Below, piece after piece: positions 26,000-37,356 of a stretch of 64,000 nt of DNA. The notes beneath the pieces were generated by a model. It did no database searches, was not told where the DNA came from, and saw nothing but the letters and a program-made list of their open reading frames with translations. This stretch comes from Elsinoe ampelina (taxonomy: Eukaryota). The position numbers and the translations under genes were made by a program. Every line of letters begins with the position of its first letter. Position 1 is the first letter of the stretch. The DNA is taken from assembly GCA_010093995.1 (NCBI GenBank), contig ML992509.1:1201850-1265849 (forward strand). Direction: 5' to 3'.

Positions 26000-26948
26000 A
26001 TGGCGTTCGGAATCTCATATTACATCTTCCCTCTGATATCCGCCTTCGTATGGACAGGTACGGTCTCAACAATTGTCCATCCAAGATCCGAGCTGACAAG
26101 ATGCAGGCACCCTCATGGCAATGCTTATATACTGGGCAGCAGTCGGGAAGCCCATCTACCCCAGCCAGTCGCAAGGACAGTCAATCGCCTTCATCTCTGA
26201 TGTGGGAGCCCAACTGCTTAAACCGCTCTTCATCGCCGGCAGCGCAGTCACCGTCGTGTCTTTCGACCTGGTCTTCATCAACGAGCAATGGCTCCGACAC
26301 AAGGGTCGTCTGGCCCCTGCGACATCCAAGAGCGAACGCATCCTAGGCATACTCGCTAGTGTAGCCTCCATTGCTGGCGGCGCAGGTCTGATTCTGCTTT
26401 CCATCTTCGACACCCTGCGATACCCGCGGGTCCACAGAGCCATGCTTGCAGTCTTTATTGTGGGCTATCTCTTGACCGCCATCTTCGTATGCGCCGAGTA
26501 CCAACGTCTGGGCATACACCAGCGGCAATACCGCATTCTGCGCGCTTCGTTCTGGATCAAGCTCTCGTGGTGCTTGCTCTTCCTCGGACTTGCCATTGGT
26601 CAGTACCTCCCTCGTCCTCTTTAGAATCTCCACTGACATATCCAAGCCTTCGTCGTCACCCAAACCCTCGACATGTGGAACACCGCGGCTATAATCGAAT
26701 GGGTTATCGGCTTCCTCTTCGCCTTCTTCGTCGCCTCATTCGCCGTCGATTTCCTCCCAGCCATGCGCACCCGATCCAAGGAGAAGCGCTTCACCACAAT
26801 CGGTCAAATGGAGCAGGGTCAGGTCGCTGGACAGCCTGGGTACTCGTCTGACGGTAGCTTCGGAAGTCATCGGCCCATGGCGCAGGTGGACGGGCGACAC
26901 TATAATCAGGGAACTGCGTCGGCACATATCCCTAGCAGGAACTTTTAA
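26000..26948 (+). CDS. SFK1: Frag1/DRAM/Sfk1 family membrane protein
   Basis: Multi-TM protein with IAFISDVGA..LKPLFI, LSIFDT...H and AAIIEWVIGF; introns 26058..26106 and 26599..26646. Confidence 0.85.
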
Positions 26949-27274
26949 GCATGAAAGAGGGAAGGGGGGATTGAAGCGGCAGGCGTTACTAGTCACGAAT
27001 TGGCATCTTTCTGTATTGCATCGGCAACAGCATTCAGTGCTTCTCAAAAAGATACGACAGCTGTAATTGTACTTTGGTAGTACGTTGTATGATGTATGCT
27101 GTACAATATTGACGCACAACCTGTCCTCTTGTCATGCTCCAGAACATCTGTGCCACCCACCATTTGCCTTGACACCGTGTCTCCTTGAAACGTGCTGAGA
27201 CGATGCTCGATCCGGGTGCATTTAGTAGGATGCATGTCTATACGATCGCATGAGTGTACATGAAATTCCATGGT

Positions 27275-27411
27275 TTCCACCATGAGTAGCAAAATTCCTC
27301 CATCGGTAGCAAGATTCCACCATCAGTAGTAGTAAAATTCCGCCGCGCTCCCAAGTGGTTTGAAAATTCCGCCGCTCTCTCAAGTATATATATAGTTCCG
27401 CTGCTCGCCCA
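27275..27411. repeat. Compound imperfect tandem array: 3 x ~20 bp then 3 x ~29 bp, all starting TTCC
   Basis: TTCCACCATGAGTAGCAAAA / TTCCTCCATCGGTAGCAAGA / TTCCACCATCAGTAGTAGTAAAA, then TTCCGCCGCGCTCCCAAGT... / TTCCGCCGCTCTCTCAAGT... / TTCCGCTGCTCGCCCA. Confidence 0.8.
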
Positions 27412-28007
27412 TGTCAGTTAAAGGAGCCTTAGCTCACTTGGGAGAGCGCCAGAGTTAGTATACCCTTATATCTCCGCCATGACCATATACTGACCCCCTC
27501 TAAGCTGAAGGCAAAACTTCGGTTACCACAGTTGTGAGATATCTGGAGGTACCGCGTTCGATCCGCGGAGGCTTCATAACTTTTGCTCAATGTTCGCACA
27601 TGGGTTCGGGGTCGCGTTCGGTGTTGTCTTCGCGGGTCCCTCCGGCAGCATGACGTGAGCAAAATTTGCTCGCCGTGTTTGGTTTGCCGCGAGACCACGA
27701 CTTTCTCTCAATCGAGCTAGCAGCGGTCTAGGCCGCTTCTCGTCTCCGCCAGAATCCATGTTAGAGTCGCCCTGCTGCTGCTTAGTGTCGTGCTGCTCAA
27801 CCCCGGAGCATATTATGTGGGACATCAGAATGGCAGATTTCGATGAAGTTCTCTTTTTGCGATGGATGACGGAAAGTGGTCATGATGCAAATGCTCACAC
27901 TTTGTTACATAATTCAACCTTTTCCAATGCTGTAGTGTATATATGGCATTACCACGTTCTATGCAATCATCCTCACTCTAGACAAAGAGCTTGCGACTCT
28001 CAGCCAA

Positions 28008-31000
28008 CTACTTGTCTGATGACTCGAACCACTTATTAAGGATAGAAAGAAGAATATCAGTATCACTGGCAGAGTGATGAAGTGTAAGTAGGTGGGGGTT
28101 GTCAGGACACATTATCCTTCCAATATGCTGCAGAGTGAATTTTTTTCAGTCCTTGAACAGATTAGCCTCTATCTCGGGCGTAATTGTTCCCACATAAAGA
28201 TTACCTGGCAGACAGCGCATCAAGTTAGGTAAGACTGTCCAACATCTTGCTAGAGGTAGAAGAAGGGTTTCGGATCGTTGCCCAGCTTGCGTCAGCAACA
28301 GCGACATTGCTTTGCGATCGAAGTGACCGACGGAATACTCGACCCAGAAACTCTGAGGACCAAAACCAGCTGCTAATAAGATATCCACTATTTCTCTGGC
28401 CGACTTGCAACCTCGCGGAACTCCAGCATCACGGGCTCCGCGAAACCTTCTAAGGTGACGTAGTGCTCGCTCTGCCTGCTGATATATCATTCCCTGTTTC
28501 ACTCCGATAGCCTCCTCGAATGTCTGGTTAGTAACGCCATTCTCATTGATTAGGCATGAGACAACAATGTGGCCGTCAGCTGTTCTTATAGTAACCTCTA
28601 AAGGGACGGAGAGCATGCCCCACGGAAGTGTAGTCTCGAAATCTACAATAAAGACTTGCTTCGGGTTGCGCCATATCGCTCGCTTGAAGTTAGCTGCAGC
28701 TCCTGGAAGTTCAAGCGGACGCTGCCTAATGTGACGGATGAACGATTGATGATCGTTAACATCAGCGCCTATGCCTAGGCGTGGACGATGTTGCCTCGAC
28801 TCGGTCGTAATGAAATGATGAATCGATGGCGGTCTAGCAGTTGGGCGGGGAAGCCTTGAGAGCATATGTATACAAAAGTCGCAGGACATTGCGAAGGTAA
28901 ACGCAACATGGGACTCAACAAAGATGAGGGTAGATGTGTCGATGTCTAGCATAGCACTTGCTGGACATCTATGCCATTGCTGATCATGAAAGAATCCTTG
29001 GCACCAACCGATTCCCTGTATATCACACTGCTGGAGGGTGACTCCTTGCGCAGCGAGGATCATGTGGTTTGTACGGAGGCGATAGTCCCGCTGTTTGGTG
29101 TTGAAGAAAGTATCGCTTCCTTCCGAGTCCAATGGGAGGAGATAAGAAGTAGTCAGGCTGGGGGTACGATGACTAAGATGATCTCCATATGGGCCGTTTC
29201 CGTCCCTCAGCCACAAGCTGAAGATCCATTCGTGATGCTTCTGTAATCTGTAATCACTTCTGAAGCCCCGACTTGATACATAGTCGAGTTGTATCTCGGT
29301 ACACTGAAGATGTCCACATTGGAACTCCGGTCCAACATGACAGTAAAGTCTGTGCTTCTCAAGCCTTTCTAGTGTTGTGTAAGTGACATATTCACAACCA
29401 GGCTCATAACAAAACCAGAACCCTCCCAAGTGGACGTTGATGAAATGTCGGCTCATAACGTCACGAGAATGGCTGTACTCTTCAACTTGTCGCTTACAAT
29501 TTGGCCAGGGACATGTCCACTGCGACCTTGTTAGATCCAGATTCCGCGGATCGATGCATGTCACATCTTCTTCAGGATACAAGTCCTCCGAAGCTTCGCA
29601 ATACGTGCTATCCCAATCAACGTCAGCCCCTAAAAAGGCTTGTAGTGATCGGAAGTCAATCAGTCCATGTTGTGCAAGCTTGTGTCGTATCCAAGCAACA
29701 TATTTCCTCGCTGACACTATGTGCATGAATGTATCACTTAGGATGGTCTCGACAGCCACAATTGGTATGTGATACGGGTTGTGAATCGCCGGGATTCTGC
29801 CACTGAATGTTACATACCGAGCGAAGCGATTACCATCATGGGGGATCCTGCAGTACATCTGGAAGGTTGCGTCGTCCACAGTGCCAGTGAAAGACGTCCA
29901 CTCTTTGCTTAATTGATCCTCGGAAGGTGGTCCCTAAGTGATCGGTTGTGTAGCGACTGACGCCATTCTCGTAAAAGGATCAGTAGCTTTTTCGGGCGCA
30001 GCGCGATTGCTCATTGCCAAGGGCGCTCTTTCGAACTTGACGTAAGCAGCAAGACTACGTTCAAGACCTTGACCAACCTTGGTCGGCCTTGCCGCCTTAA
30101 GGCTCGCAGTTGTGCTCCTATGCTTCTCCTGTGCATGTCTTATAAAGTCTTCACGACTAAGTGACGATACTAGATCTCCGTGCGTTTTACAGCTTTGCTC
30201 GCCGCAGATTAGACCAGTAAGCGTCTGCTCTCCATGTTCGTGTAAGTGCAGATCAATCGCAAATACCTTTGAAAAGACAGCGCCGCAACAGGGCACTTGG
30301 CAACACCAGACCTGGTCAAGTAGCGTTGCAAAAACATGATAGTTGCTGCTAGTGGACTTCGAGCCCCCCCGATAATTTTGTCGCATTATCTTGTTTTTGA
30401 GATCTTCGTCAGGCACCTCCCCTTGATATGGCACATCGCTCTCCACATCGCGCAGTTCAAGTACAGAAGTTTCTGCGGTTCCCAGATCTTCAGAGGTAGT
30501 TTTGAATTTGAGTTCATTTGCCTCATTTACAGCTTGCTTGTTCGGAGGTGCTAAACCAAGAAAGAACAGAGGATCTCTGCGGATCACAATGGTGTGCCGA
30601 TCTAGGTAGTGCTGTATGATCGCTCGTGGGCAGTGTTGAACAACGAAATCCGTGCAAAGTGTACAGAATCGTCCGCCATGGGGCATAGGTGGCATGCCGG
30701 ACGCCTGGGATTCAGACTGGCCAGCGTCCGTGTTGGACTGTGGTGGGGGCCCGTCACTCTTGGTCGATTCTTCTTGTTTGTCCTCTGGCTCGGCCAACAC
30801 GAGCTCTGTTTGAGACCGTGATGACTTTTCGGACTTTTCCTTGGCAACAAGGTGTGACTGATCGGTCTCCAATAGCACTGGAGTCTTGCTTCTCTGTCTT
30901 TTGTTGCGACGGTAAGTTTTCTAAGGATGTTTATGTCCAGGCTGCCACCACCAAGTCCAGTCTATCGTTAACCCATGCTGCTTCGCATAGCGTTCTGAAT

Positions 31001-31212
31001 AGTATTTGCAGAGTGCAACGCTGGCAGATTTGGGCAATGTCTGGACCCCATGGACACTGCTGGACAACGGCTCGAACAGTGTTGATGTAAGCACAATGTC
31101 CGCACCCATAGCCGTTGGTCAAACCATAATATGATTTGAGGTGGGCCAGTAAATTGCTTCTCGACGCAAGATTGCGCCCACAGCCCGATAGACAGGGTAT
31201 GTTGACCGACAT
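28008..31212 (-). pseudogene. Disrupted multi-C2H2 zinc finger + DEDDh 3'-5' exonuclease gene (~1,050 codons)
   Basis: ORFs 30921..31109, 29934..30878 and 28146..29879 are one reading frame broken only by TAG at 30921-30923 and 29934-29936. The N-terminal fingers (ATG 31212) join via a frameshift near 31055-31065. Exo motifs VFIVDFET, WVEYSVGHFD and, in last exon 28008..28151 beyond intron 28152..28204, LHHSASDT. Confidence 0.75.
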
Positions 31213-31511
31213 CCTTACTTTGTCGACCGACAAGATCACAGCAGGTCAGTAGAGCGTTTTGGCAGAGGTGCCCCAGGTTGAAGCGACTCTCTAACGTGAT
31301 TGCAAATTAATCTCCGAGGCCTCGATTTGGTAGTGTAAGTGGTTGCAATAATGACGCGCAGATTGTGCGCGTTGAGCTTTTCTTAGCAAAATCAATTAGG
31401 GTTAGTGTGCGGCTAAGCTGTCAGATAATCACATAGCTGCGATCTGGCCTTGATACAGTCTGACCTAAGTCTGCTTAGGCGACTTTCTATGGCCTACTAC
31501 CCTGCTGCACC

Positions 31512-31849
31512 AGGAAATGCTATTTACCCCCCCGTTTTTTGCTAGATACCCCCCTCCAAGGCGCTACCACGCGGGAGTAGCCCGTAGCTCTAAACCTTAA
31601 TCGAACTACTTAACAATCTACGTAGAATCTACTATTCTATAAGGACTAAATCCTTATAAAAAGGATATATGCTCTTACTCGCTACGCTCGTGCGAGCCGG
31701 ACAGATCTTTAGCTAGGTCGCTCGCCGCTAGGCAGGTGTTAAGTATATACCGTGAGTAGGGGCACGTAAAATAAGTTCAGCCTCCCGCGCACTAGCGCCT
31801 TGGGGGGGGGGGTATCTAGCAAAAAACGGGGGGGTAAATAGCATTCCCC
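31512..31849. mobile_element. Non-autonomous Mutator-like MITE, 338 bp
   Basis: ~65-bp TIRs (core AATGCTATTTACCCCCCCGTTTTTTGCTAGATACCCCCC...CCAAGGCGCTA...GCGGGAG); 9-bp TSD TGCTGCACC at 31503..31511 and 31850..31858; TA-rich non-coding interior. Confidence 0.9.
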
Positions 31850-32419
31850 TGCTGCACCCAGGTGCTTCATTGACTAGTGTTGTAGCTCACGAAACACGCT
31901 AGACACGTTCTAAACTGCGGCCCGTACGGCGACTAAGCTATGGCGATCGAGGTGCTCTAAAGTGGTGCATTTGCTATAGAACGCTCCAATGCTGATATAC
32001 TTTTTATGAATGGACACGCTCCCACATCGCGTGCTTTTCCATCATCCGTTGCATTGAGCTTTCTCCTATCAGAAAAGAAGATAATATGCCGTTGCACATC
32101 GTCAACGTGAGAGGATTGACCGCGCATGGAAAGCATCTTGCCAGCCAACATTCCAAGTAGACGCTGGTCAGGCTGATATCAGAACCTACCTACGGCACAT
32201 TCATCTAGAACACGTCCAGAAGCATTTCAAACACTGTGGTCTCTCCCATGAAACCACTTCCAAACTCCCATGTCCTCAGGCACACCCTCTTCCTGGTTCT
32301 CTTGAACCATCCCAGTCCCCACCCTTGGTGCCTACCGATGTCATCTAATCCTCATAGAACCTCCTTCCTCCCTCTTGCTCCCTCCCCTCATTCATGTCAA
32401 ATGTCCTTTCCTTCGACGA

Positions 32420-33130
32420 CTACAACTCCTTCCCATACAACTCCTCCCTCTCATGCCTCCTCTCGGCCAACTTCCCCGCCATGCCCCTCCTCTCATCCCT
32501 AAGCAACACAAAAACCCAAAACCAAAGACTCACCTCCACGAACCCCGTCGCGAAAACCAGATTATTCCGCAGCAACTCCCCCGTGGCCCTCTCCCTCTTC
32601 AAATTCGTCGCGAAGCCACCTCCCCTGCCCCCTGACCCTGCCGCGGGACCAGAACCAAACATTCCGTCTTCTTTGAAGAGGTACGTGTAGGATGTGATGC
32701 TGAACAGCATGAAGAGGCGTACGGGGACTTGGGTGATCCAGTATTCGAGGGAGGTTATGGCTGGTAACGAAGAGGCGACGAGGTCGGAGACGCCGAGGAA
32801 GAGGAGGATGAGGGCGGCGTAGGCGGTGGCTTCGGTGGGGCGGAGGAAGTCGGTTGTTTCGGGCTGGGGGAGGTTAGGATAGGTCAAGGTCTTGGGGTGG
32901 AAGGGAAGAAGGAGGGAGGAGGTCGAGCGGGATGAGAGCAAGGGGGCGAGGAGAGGATTGGAGAGATATGAGAGAGCTGGGGAGGGACGTACAAGCTGCA
33001 TTGCGTCTCCTAAGAGCATGACCATATTTTGCTCTGCAAAGGTCTTGGGGGAGACGAGGAGGAGGTAGGCGCAGCCAATGTGGAAGAGGGAGAGGGCGCG
33101 AATGAGTGTGAAGACGGATATGAGCGCCAT
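32420..33130 (-). CDS. ILM1: Increased loss of mitochondrial DNA protein 1 (Ilm1 family membrane protein)
   Basis: MALISVFTLIRALSLFH...EQNMVMLLGDAMQL, GVSDL, EYWITQVPVRL, LRNNLVFATGFVE...WFWVFVLLRDERR; in-frame intron 32864..32992. Confidence 0.85.
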   Translation of the reverse strand: MALISVFTLIRALSLFHIGCAYLLLVSPKTFAEQNMVMLLGDAMQLVRPSPALSYLSNPLLAPLLSSRSTSSLLLPFHPKTLTYPNLPQPETTDFLRPTEATAYAALILLFLGVSDLVASSLPAITSLEYWITQVPVRLFMLFSITSYTYLFKEDGMFGSGPAAGSGGRGGGFATNLKRERATGELLRNNLVFATGFVEVSLWFWVFVLLRDERRGMAGKLAERRHEREELYGKEL

Positions 33131-33584
33131 GATGAGAGGTGAGGTCAAAGGCGTGCTTCAATGTGTGTGGAGAGGTAAGTTATCGAAGTGGTTCCAGAAG
33201 TTAGGAGCTCGGAGATAGGATATGCAGGTACAGATTTCAGGCGTGACTAAGCTTCTCTGGTGCACGAACGACTATCTCTGGAGATGGAGTAAAAGTGCAA
33301 GGAGAACGAGATACATAGTCGAGGAATACCTCATTCATAACGCATCACTACAGCTCTATTGATATACAGTACACCAGGCCTAAAAGCCTTGATATTCATC
33401 CATCCACTGACCTCGCAAAGCCCGCTCGCTAATGACAACCCCGACCACCCACATCCGATTATGAATGCCAAACACATGCCTGCGACCTGTAGGTATTAAA
33501 CCATGAGTGTCTACTGGATGATGTGAAACATGATCTTTCATGTCTTGTATGTACTTTGTCAGTCTTGGTCGATTGACCCTTCCA

Positions 33585-35450
33585 TCACCGCCTCTCGTGG
33601 ACATGCTTCTTCAAGTCCAAAAGCTCGGTGCTGAGCCTGTTCATGCGCATCTCATTCTCATCCTGCATCCTTGAAAAGCGCTGCTCCAGGTTGGCAAGCT
33701 GGTTGCGAAGTTGAGTGACCAGATCATTCGGGTCAGGCCCTAATATTTCTCGAATACTGCCGCTCGAGCTGTGTCCATGACTGGAGTGGCTACCTGGGTT
33801 CGAGCCGTGAGGTGGAGGGTAGGACGGAGGTTGTACCGGCTGTGGTGGCTGGACAGCGGCGTGGTGAGCGGCTATACTGGGCAGCGAGGGCAGCTGTTGA
33901 GGATGATTGTTCCCCATGTGTGCTGTCGGCGGCATACCTGGTATCGAGCCACGTCCATATTGTGGAGATTGATAGTTTGACGTCAAGCTGGGCGATCTGT
34001 TGCGAAGATTCGATGGATCGCTCACGCTCAATCGATGTTGATCTTGTGCACGTGGCGAAAGTGGTCGTGGACTCTCAGTCACTTGCGGTGCTGGGTACGA
34101 CGATCCCGGCTGTGGATAGTATTGCCCTTGGTAGGGTTGCGGCTCACCGTGTGGTGGACCAGAATGATGCTCAGTCGGAGATGGTTTTGATCCTGGTGAC
34201 AATAGCGTCGGCGGTGGCGCCATAGGCTGCGACTCCCTCACAACTCTGCCCATGGGCGGTGGAGGATATGTGCTGGAATGTTGTCGGTATGGTGCGCGCG
34301 GGTCGTGTGGAGACGAGTCAGGATGCGGACGCTTCCTATTGGGTTCGCTAACGCGTCTGCCCTGAACGTCAAGCATTTCACTGTCCTCACGGTCGTCTGG
34401 GTCATTCTCGTATTCGAGTCCATCCATGGTGTCGTCGCCCATGTCATCGTCGTCTCCGCCACCGAAGCTCGACTTTCTATTGGCGCATCCTCCAGGTCCT
34501 TTATTGTGGCGTGCAAGTGCGTCACCCCGGGCAAATTTCCGACCGCATTTCGGGCAAGTGTGCGGCCGTTCACCAGTGTGGAGTTTAGTATGTCGCTTCA
34601 AGTCGTGTAATCTCCTGAACCGAGCTTGACAAGTCTGACATACGTAGGGCTTTTCCTGGCTGTGCGTGAGCAAGTGGCTCTTAAGGTTATGATGCCGGGT
34701 AAAGTCTGTGTTGCAGTATGGACATTTGTGTCTCTTGGTCGACTTTGTGCCCGAATCATAGCTCAAATCTCTTCGTGAGCCCTCCGAGTGCTCCTGCAAA
34801 TGTGCAGCAGGGCCCGGATAAGTGAATGGTCGAGTTCCGTCGTCCTGGTGCGCGGACTCATCGTTGCCCACGTCATCCATCGACTCGGGCTCCTCCACGA
34901 ATTGTGGCGCATCCTGCGTCGGCGACGCCGTGACGGTCATGCTCGAGTCGCCGTTACGCGTTGACTGCGCCTGTGTGAATGTGCCATTCGATCTTGGCTT
35001 TGGCGAGCCGTTTCCATTTGTGACCGGCACTGTAATCTTCTCCGCTGCACTCTTCAAAGGTTCACTGAGCTGGGTCGTCGCTGGCGCGTCCGAAGGTCTG
35101 CTCATCTCTTTCGCGCCCATCAAGGCATTCAACGCGACCACACCGGGATTCGGGCTGACCTGACGGGCTTCTCTTGCTTCTCTCAGTATTTGCTCCCTTC
35201 GCGCATCTGCTAGAGCTGCGGCACCTGTGAGAGGCTGTGGCGAGGACCTCGGTGACGGGTGGTAATGCACTGATTTCGGAGAGAGCGAAGGATTACTGAC
35301 GGCCGGCGCTAGAAGTTTTGGTGAGGCGCCTTTCGCTGCAACCAGAGGCAGACTTGTAGGTGCTAACGAGGCAGGAGTATGAGGTGCCACCCGATCGATT
35401 GGAGGGATTTGATCGGTTCTGGGTGGTGTAGCTTGTTGTGTCATAGCCAT
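33585..35450 (-). CDS. C2H2 zinc-finger transcription factor (three fingers, Pro/Gln-rich, C-terminal coiled coil)
   Basis: CPYCNTDFTRHHNLKSHLLTH-SQEKPY-CQTCQARFRRLHDLKRHTKLH-TGERPH-CPKCGRKFARGDALARH; single long ORF. Confidence 0.9.
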   Translation of the reverse strand: MAMTQQATPPRTDQIPPIDRVAPHTPASLAPTSLPLVAAKGASPKLLAPAVSNPSLSPKSVHYHPSPRSSPQPLTGAAALADARREQILREAREARQVSPNPGVVALNALMGAKEMSRPSDAPATTQLSEPLKSAAEKITVPVTNGNGSPKPRSNGTFTQAQSTRNGDSSMTVTASPTQDAPQFVEEPESMDDVGNDESAHQDDGTRPFTYPGPAAHLQEHSEGSRRDLSYDSGTKSTKRHKCPYCNTDFTRHHNLKSHLLTHSQEKPYVCQTCQARFRRLHDLKRHTKLHTGERPHTCPKCGRKFARGDALARHNKGPGGCANRKSSFGGGDDDDMGDDTMDGLEYENDPDDREDSEMLDVQGRRVSEPNRKRPHPDSSPHDPRAPYRQHSSTYPPPPMGRVVRESQPMAPPPTLLSPGSKPSPTEHHSGPPHGEPQPYQGQYYPQPGSSYPAPQVTESPRPLSPRAQDQHRLSVSDPSNLRNRSPSLTSNYQSPQYGRGSIPGMPPTAHMGNNHPQQLPSLPSIAAHHAAVQPPQPVQPPSYPPPHGSNPGSHSSHGHSSSGSIREILGPDPNDLVTQLRNQLANLEQRFSRMQDENEMRMNRLSTELLDLKKHVHERR

Positions 35451-37356
35451 CAAGTGTGAGCTTGTGTTCTGCTGGATCGTCCAATTGTCATTTGTCGAAC
35501 TTCGTCGTCGAGTTGAATATTAAGTAGTTCTCTCTCTCCTGTCGCAATTGCGCTCGGCGATTAGTGCGCAAACTCTGTTGTGGAAGACCTCAAAACGAGC
35601 GAAGTGTATGCGCGAACCAGCGGGGCTCAACGCAGGCGACGGCGGGTTTGCAAAGTAGAACGAGATCGTTCAGTTGTCGTGGTAGACGTCCAGTAGATGT
35701 CCTTGAGTATAGTCCGTCTCTTTCTACGGTCCGAGAGTCGTTGCGCGTGTGCTGAAGATGTTCGCATTCCAAGACTCGCGCGATGCGAGACGATGAGGCT
35801 CGTGTGGCAGCTCGGCTCTTGATCGCCGTGTGCCTGACAGGGATGTTGAGAAGGTGCTTCTCCGAACTACCGGAGCTCGTTGTGTCTTCTGTTCAAAAAT
35901 CTGACGTTATACTGACAGTGGCGTCCAACGTCGTCGAGTGGCTCAAGGGACGAGAGTTTTGCAAGAGGGATTGAGGCGGATGAGAACGGTGTGGTGTGTC
36001 CTGGATCAACTTGTGGGAAAAGCCACAGCTGGGCTGCCGCGGGTCTGGCTCGCCCTGGGAACGTTCGCTTGGCAGCAATGTGGAGCTCGGCTCGGTCGCT
36101 CTTTACTAAACGTGTGAAAGGACTTGCAGTTGTTTGAGCAGAATTGCAATGTCTTGGTGTGTCGGAATACCTAACGCTGTAGACGGTAAGTTTGAAGACG
36201 AAGCTGTGACGTCGTTTATGGCGTAGAAATAAGCAAAAGACGTCTGCTGTCAGGCGACAGAGAGCCACTCGGGGGGAGAAACGAGAAAGGCGCTGTGGGC
36301 GATGACAGGCCACAGACGTGGTGGGCTCTCAAGCCTGAATCGACCTGCGAATGATGTCAAAGCAGACCTGAACCAGCCACACCAAGATTCGATAGCCTCG
36401 TTCTCCGTCCAGGGTTACTGACTCGATGTGGACGGATGCAAGACACTTTTGTCGCGGTCGGTTTTGTTAAACCAAGATCTTTTAATTGTCAGGTGATTCT
36501 ACTAATCGCAAAACGCGACATGCAATCACCTTGTGGCAGGCTGAAAGTCGGCTCTTGGAAATGATCCCAAGGTTGTCAAGACTTGCCGAAAGCTTCCAGT
36601 CGTGCCTGTTTGTGGCTGTGAAGGCAGACAGATGCGCCTGCACCATAATAGATTAAGCAATAGATTGACCCGATCTAGCCCGCCGAGTGGTCGGATGCGA
36701 TACTTGGAACAAGCTGATGACAGTGCTTTCAGCTCGCCCACAATAGGATCAGACTCTGCATCACCTCGTCCGTATCTTTCGTGCCTGACGCGAGGCGTAA
36801 AACTGCATGTGAGAAATTCATTTCGTCCGGCGATGAGCACCGCCACTCGTCATTTGGAGCCGTGGCGTCCAATTGCGATGCAATGCGATCCTGCTTTGCC
36901 ACGGGTGCCGCCGATCGCCCGGCCTCTGGCTTTCTTCTGGCTCGCCTCTTGCTCTCCGCATCGTGGAGGAACCCGTCACATCTCTGGAGTTCAAATGTCC
37001 GAACTCAGACGTCGTACAGGCTGACGCATACTGTAGATCGTCGCGTCCTCCGCAACCATCCATGCACATCATACGGGGACCTGGCTCAGGAATGCGATTG
37101 CCACCACAGGGATCAGCTACCGGCGCAAACACCGTTCAACTTTGACACAAGCTGCAGAAGTGGCATGTGTGGCGTTGCGGATTTTATGCGGCTCATTGGG
37201 TCTCACGAGCTGTGAAACTTTTGCCTACAGCAGCTCCAGCCACGCCCCGGCTGAGTCGCTCTTGTTTCGGACACGGTCAGTGCCTGTGGCGGCATGCTTG
37301 ACCAAATTATTGCATATACTACATTGAGAAGAATGTCTGAAGCCCAAAAGCCATCG

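Noticed and set aside
27275..27411. CRISPR-like reading of the repeat array
   Set aside because: Eukaryotic context, no unique spacers and no cas genes.
31397..31405. Telomere-like TAGGGTTAG upstream of the exonuclease gene
   Set aside because: Fewer than two repeat units; compatible with chance.
27200..32200. Starship or Helitron assignment for the island
   Set aside because: No tyrosine-recombinase captain, Rep/helicase gene or defensible termini are visible.
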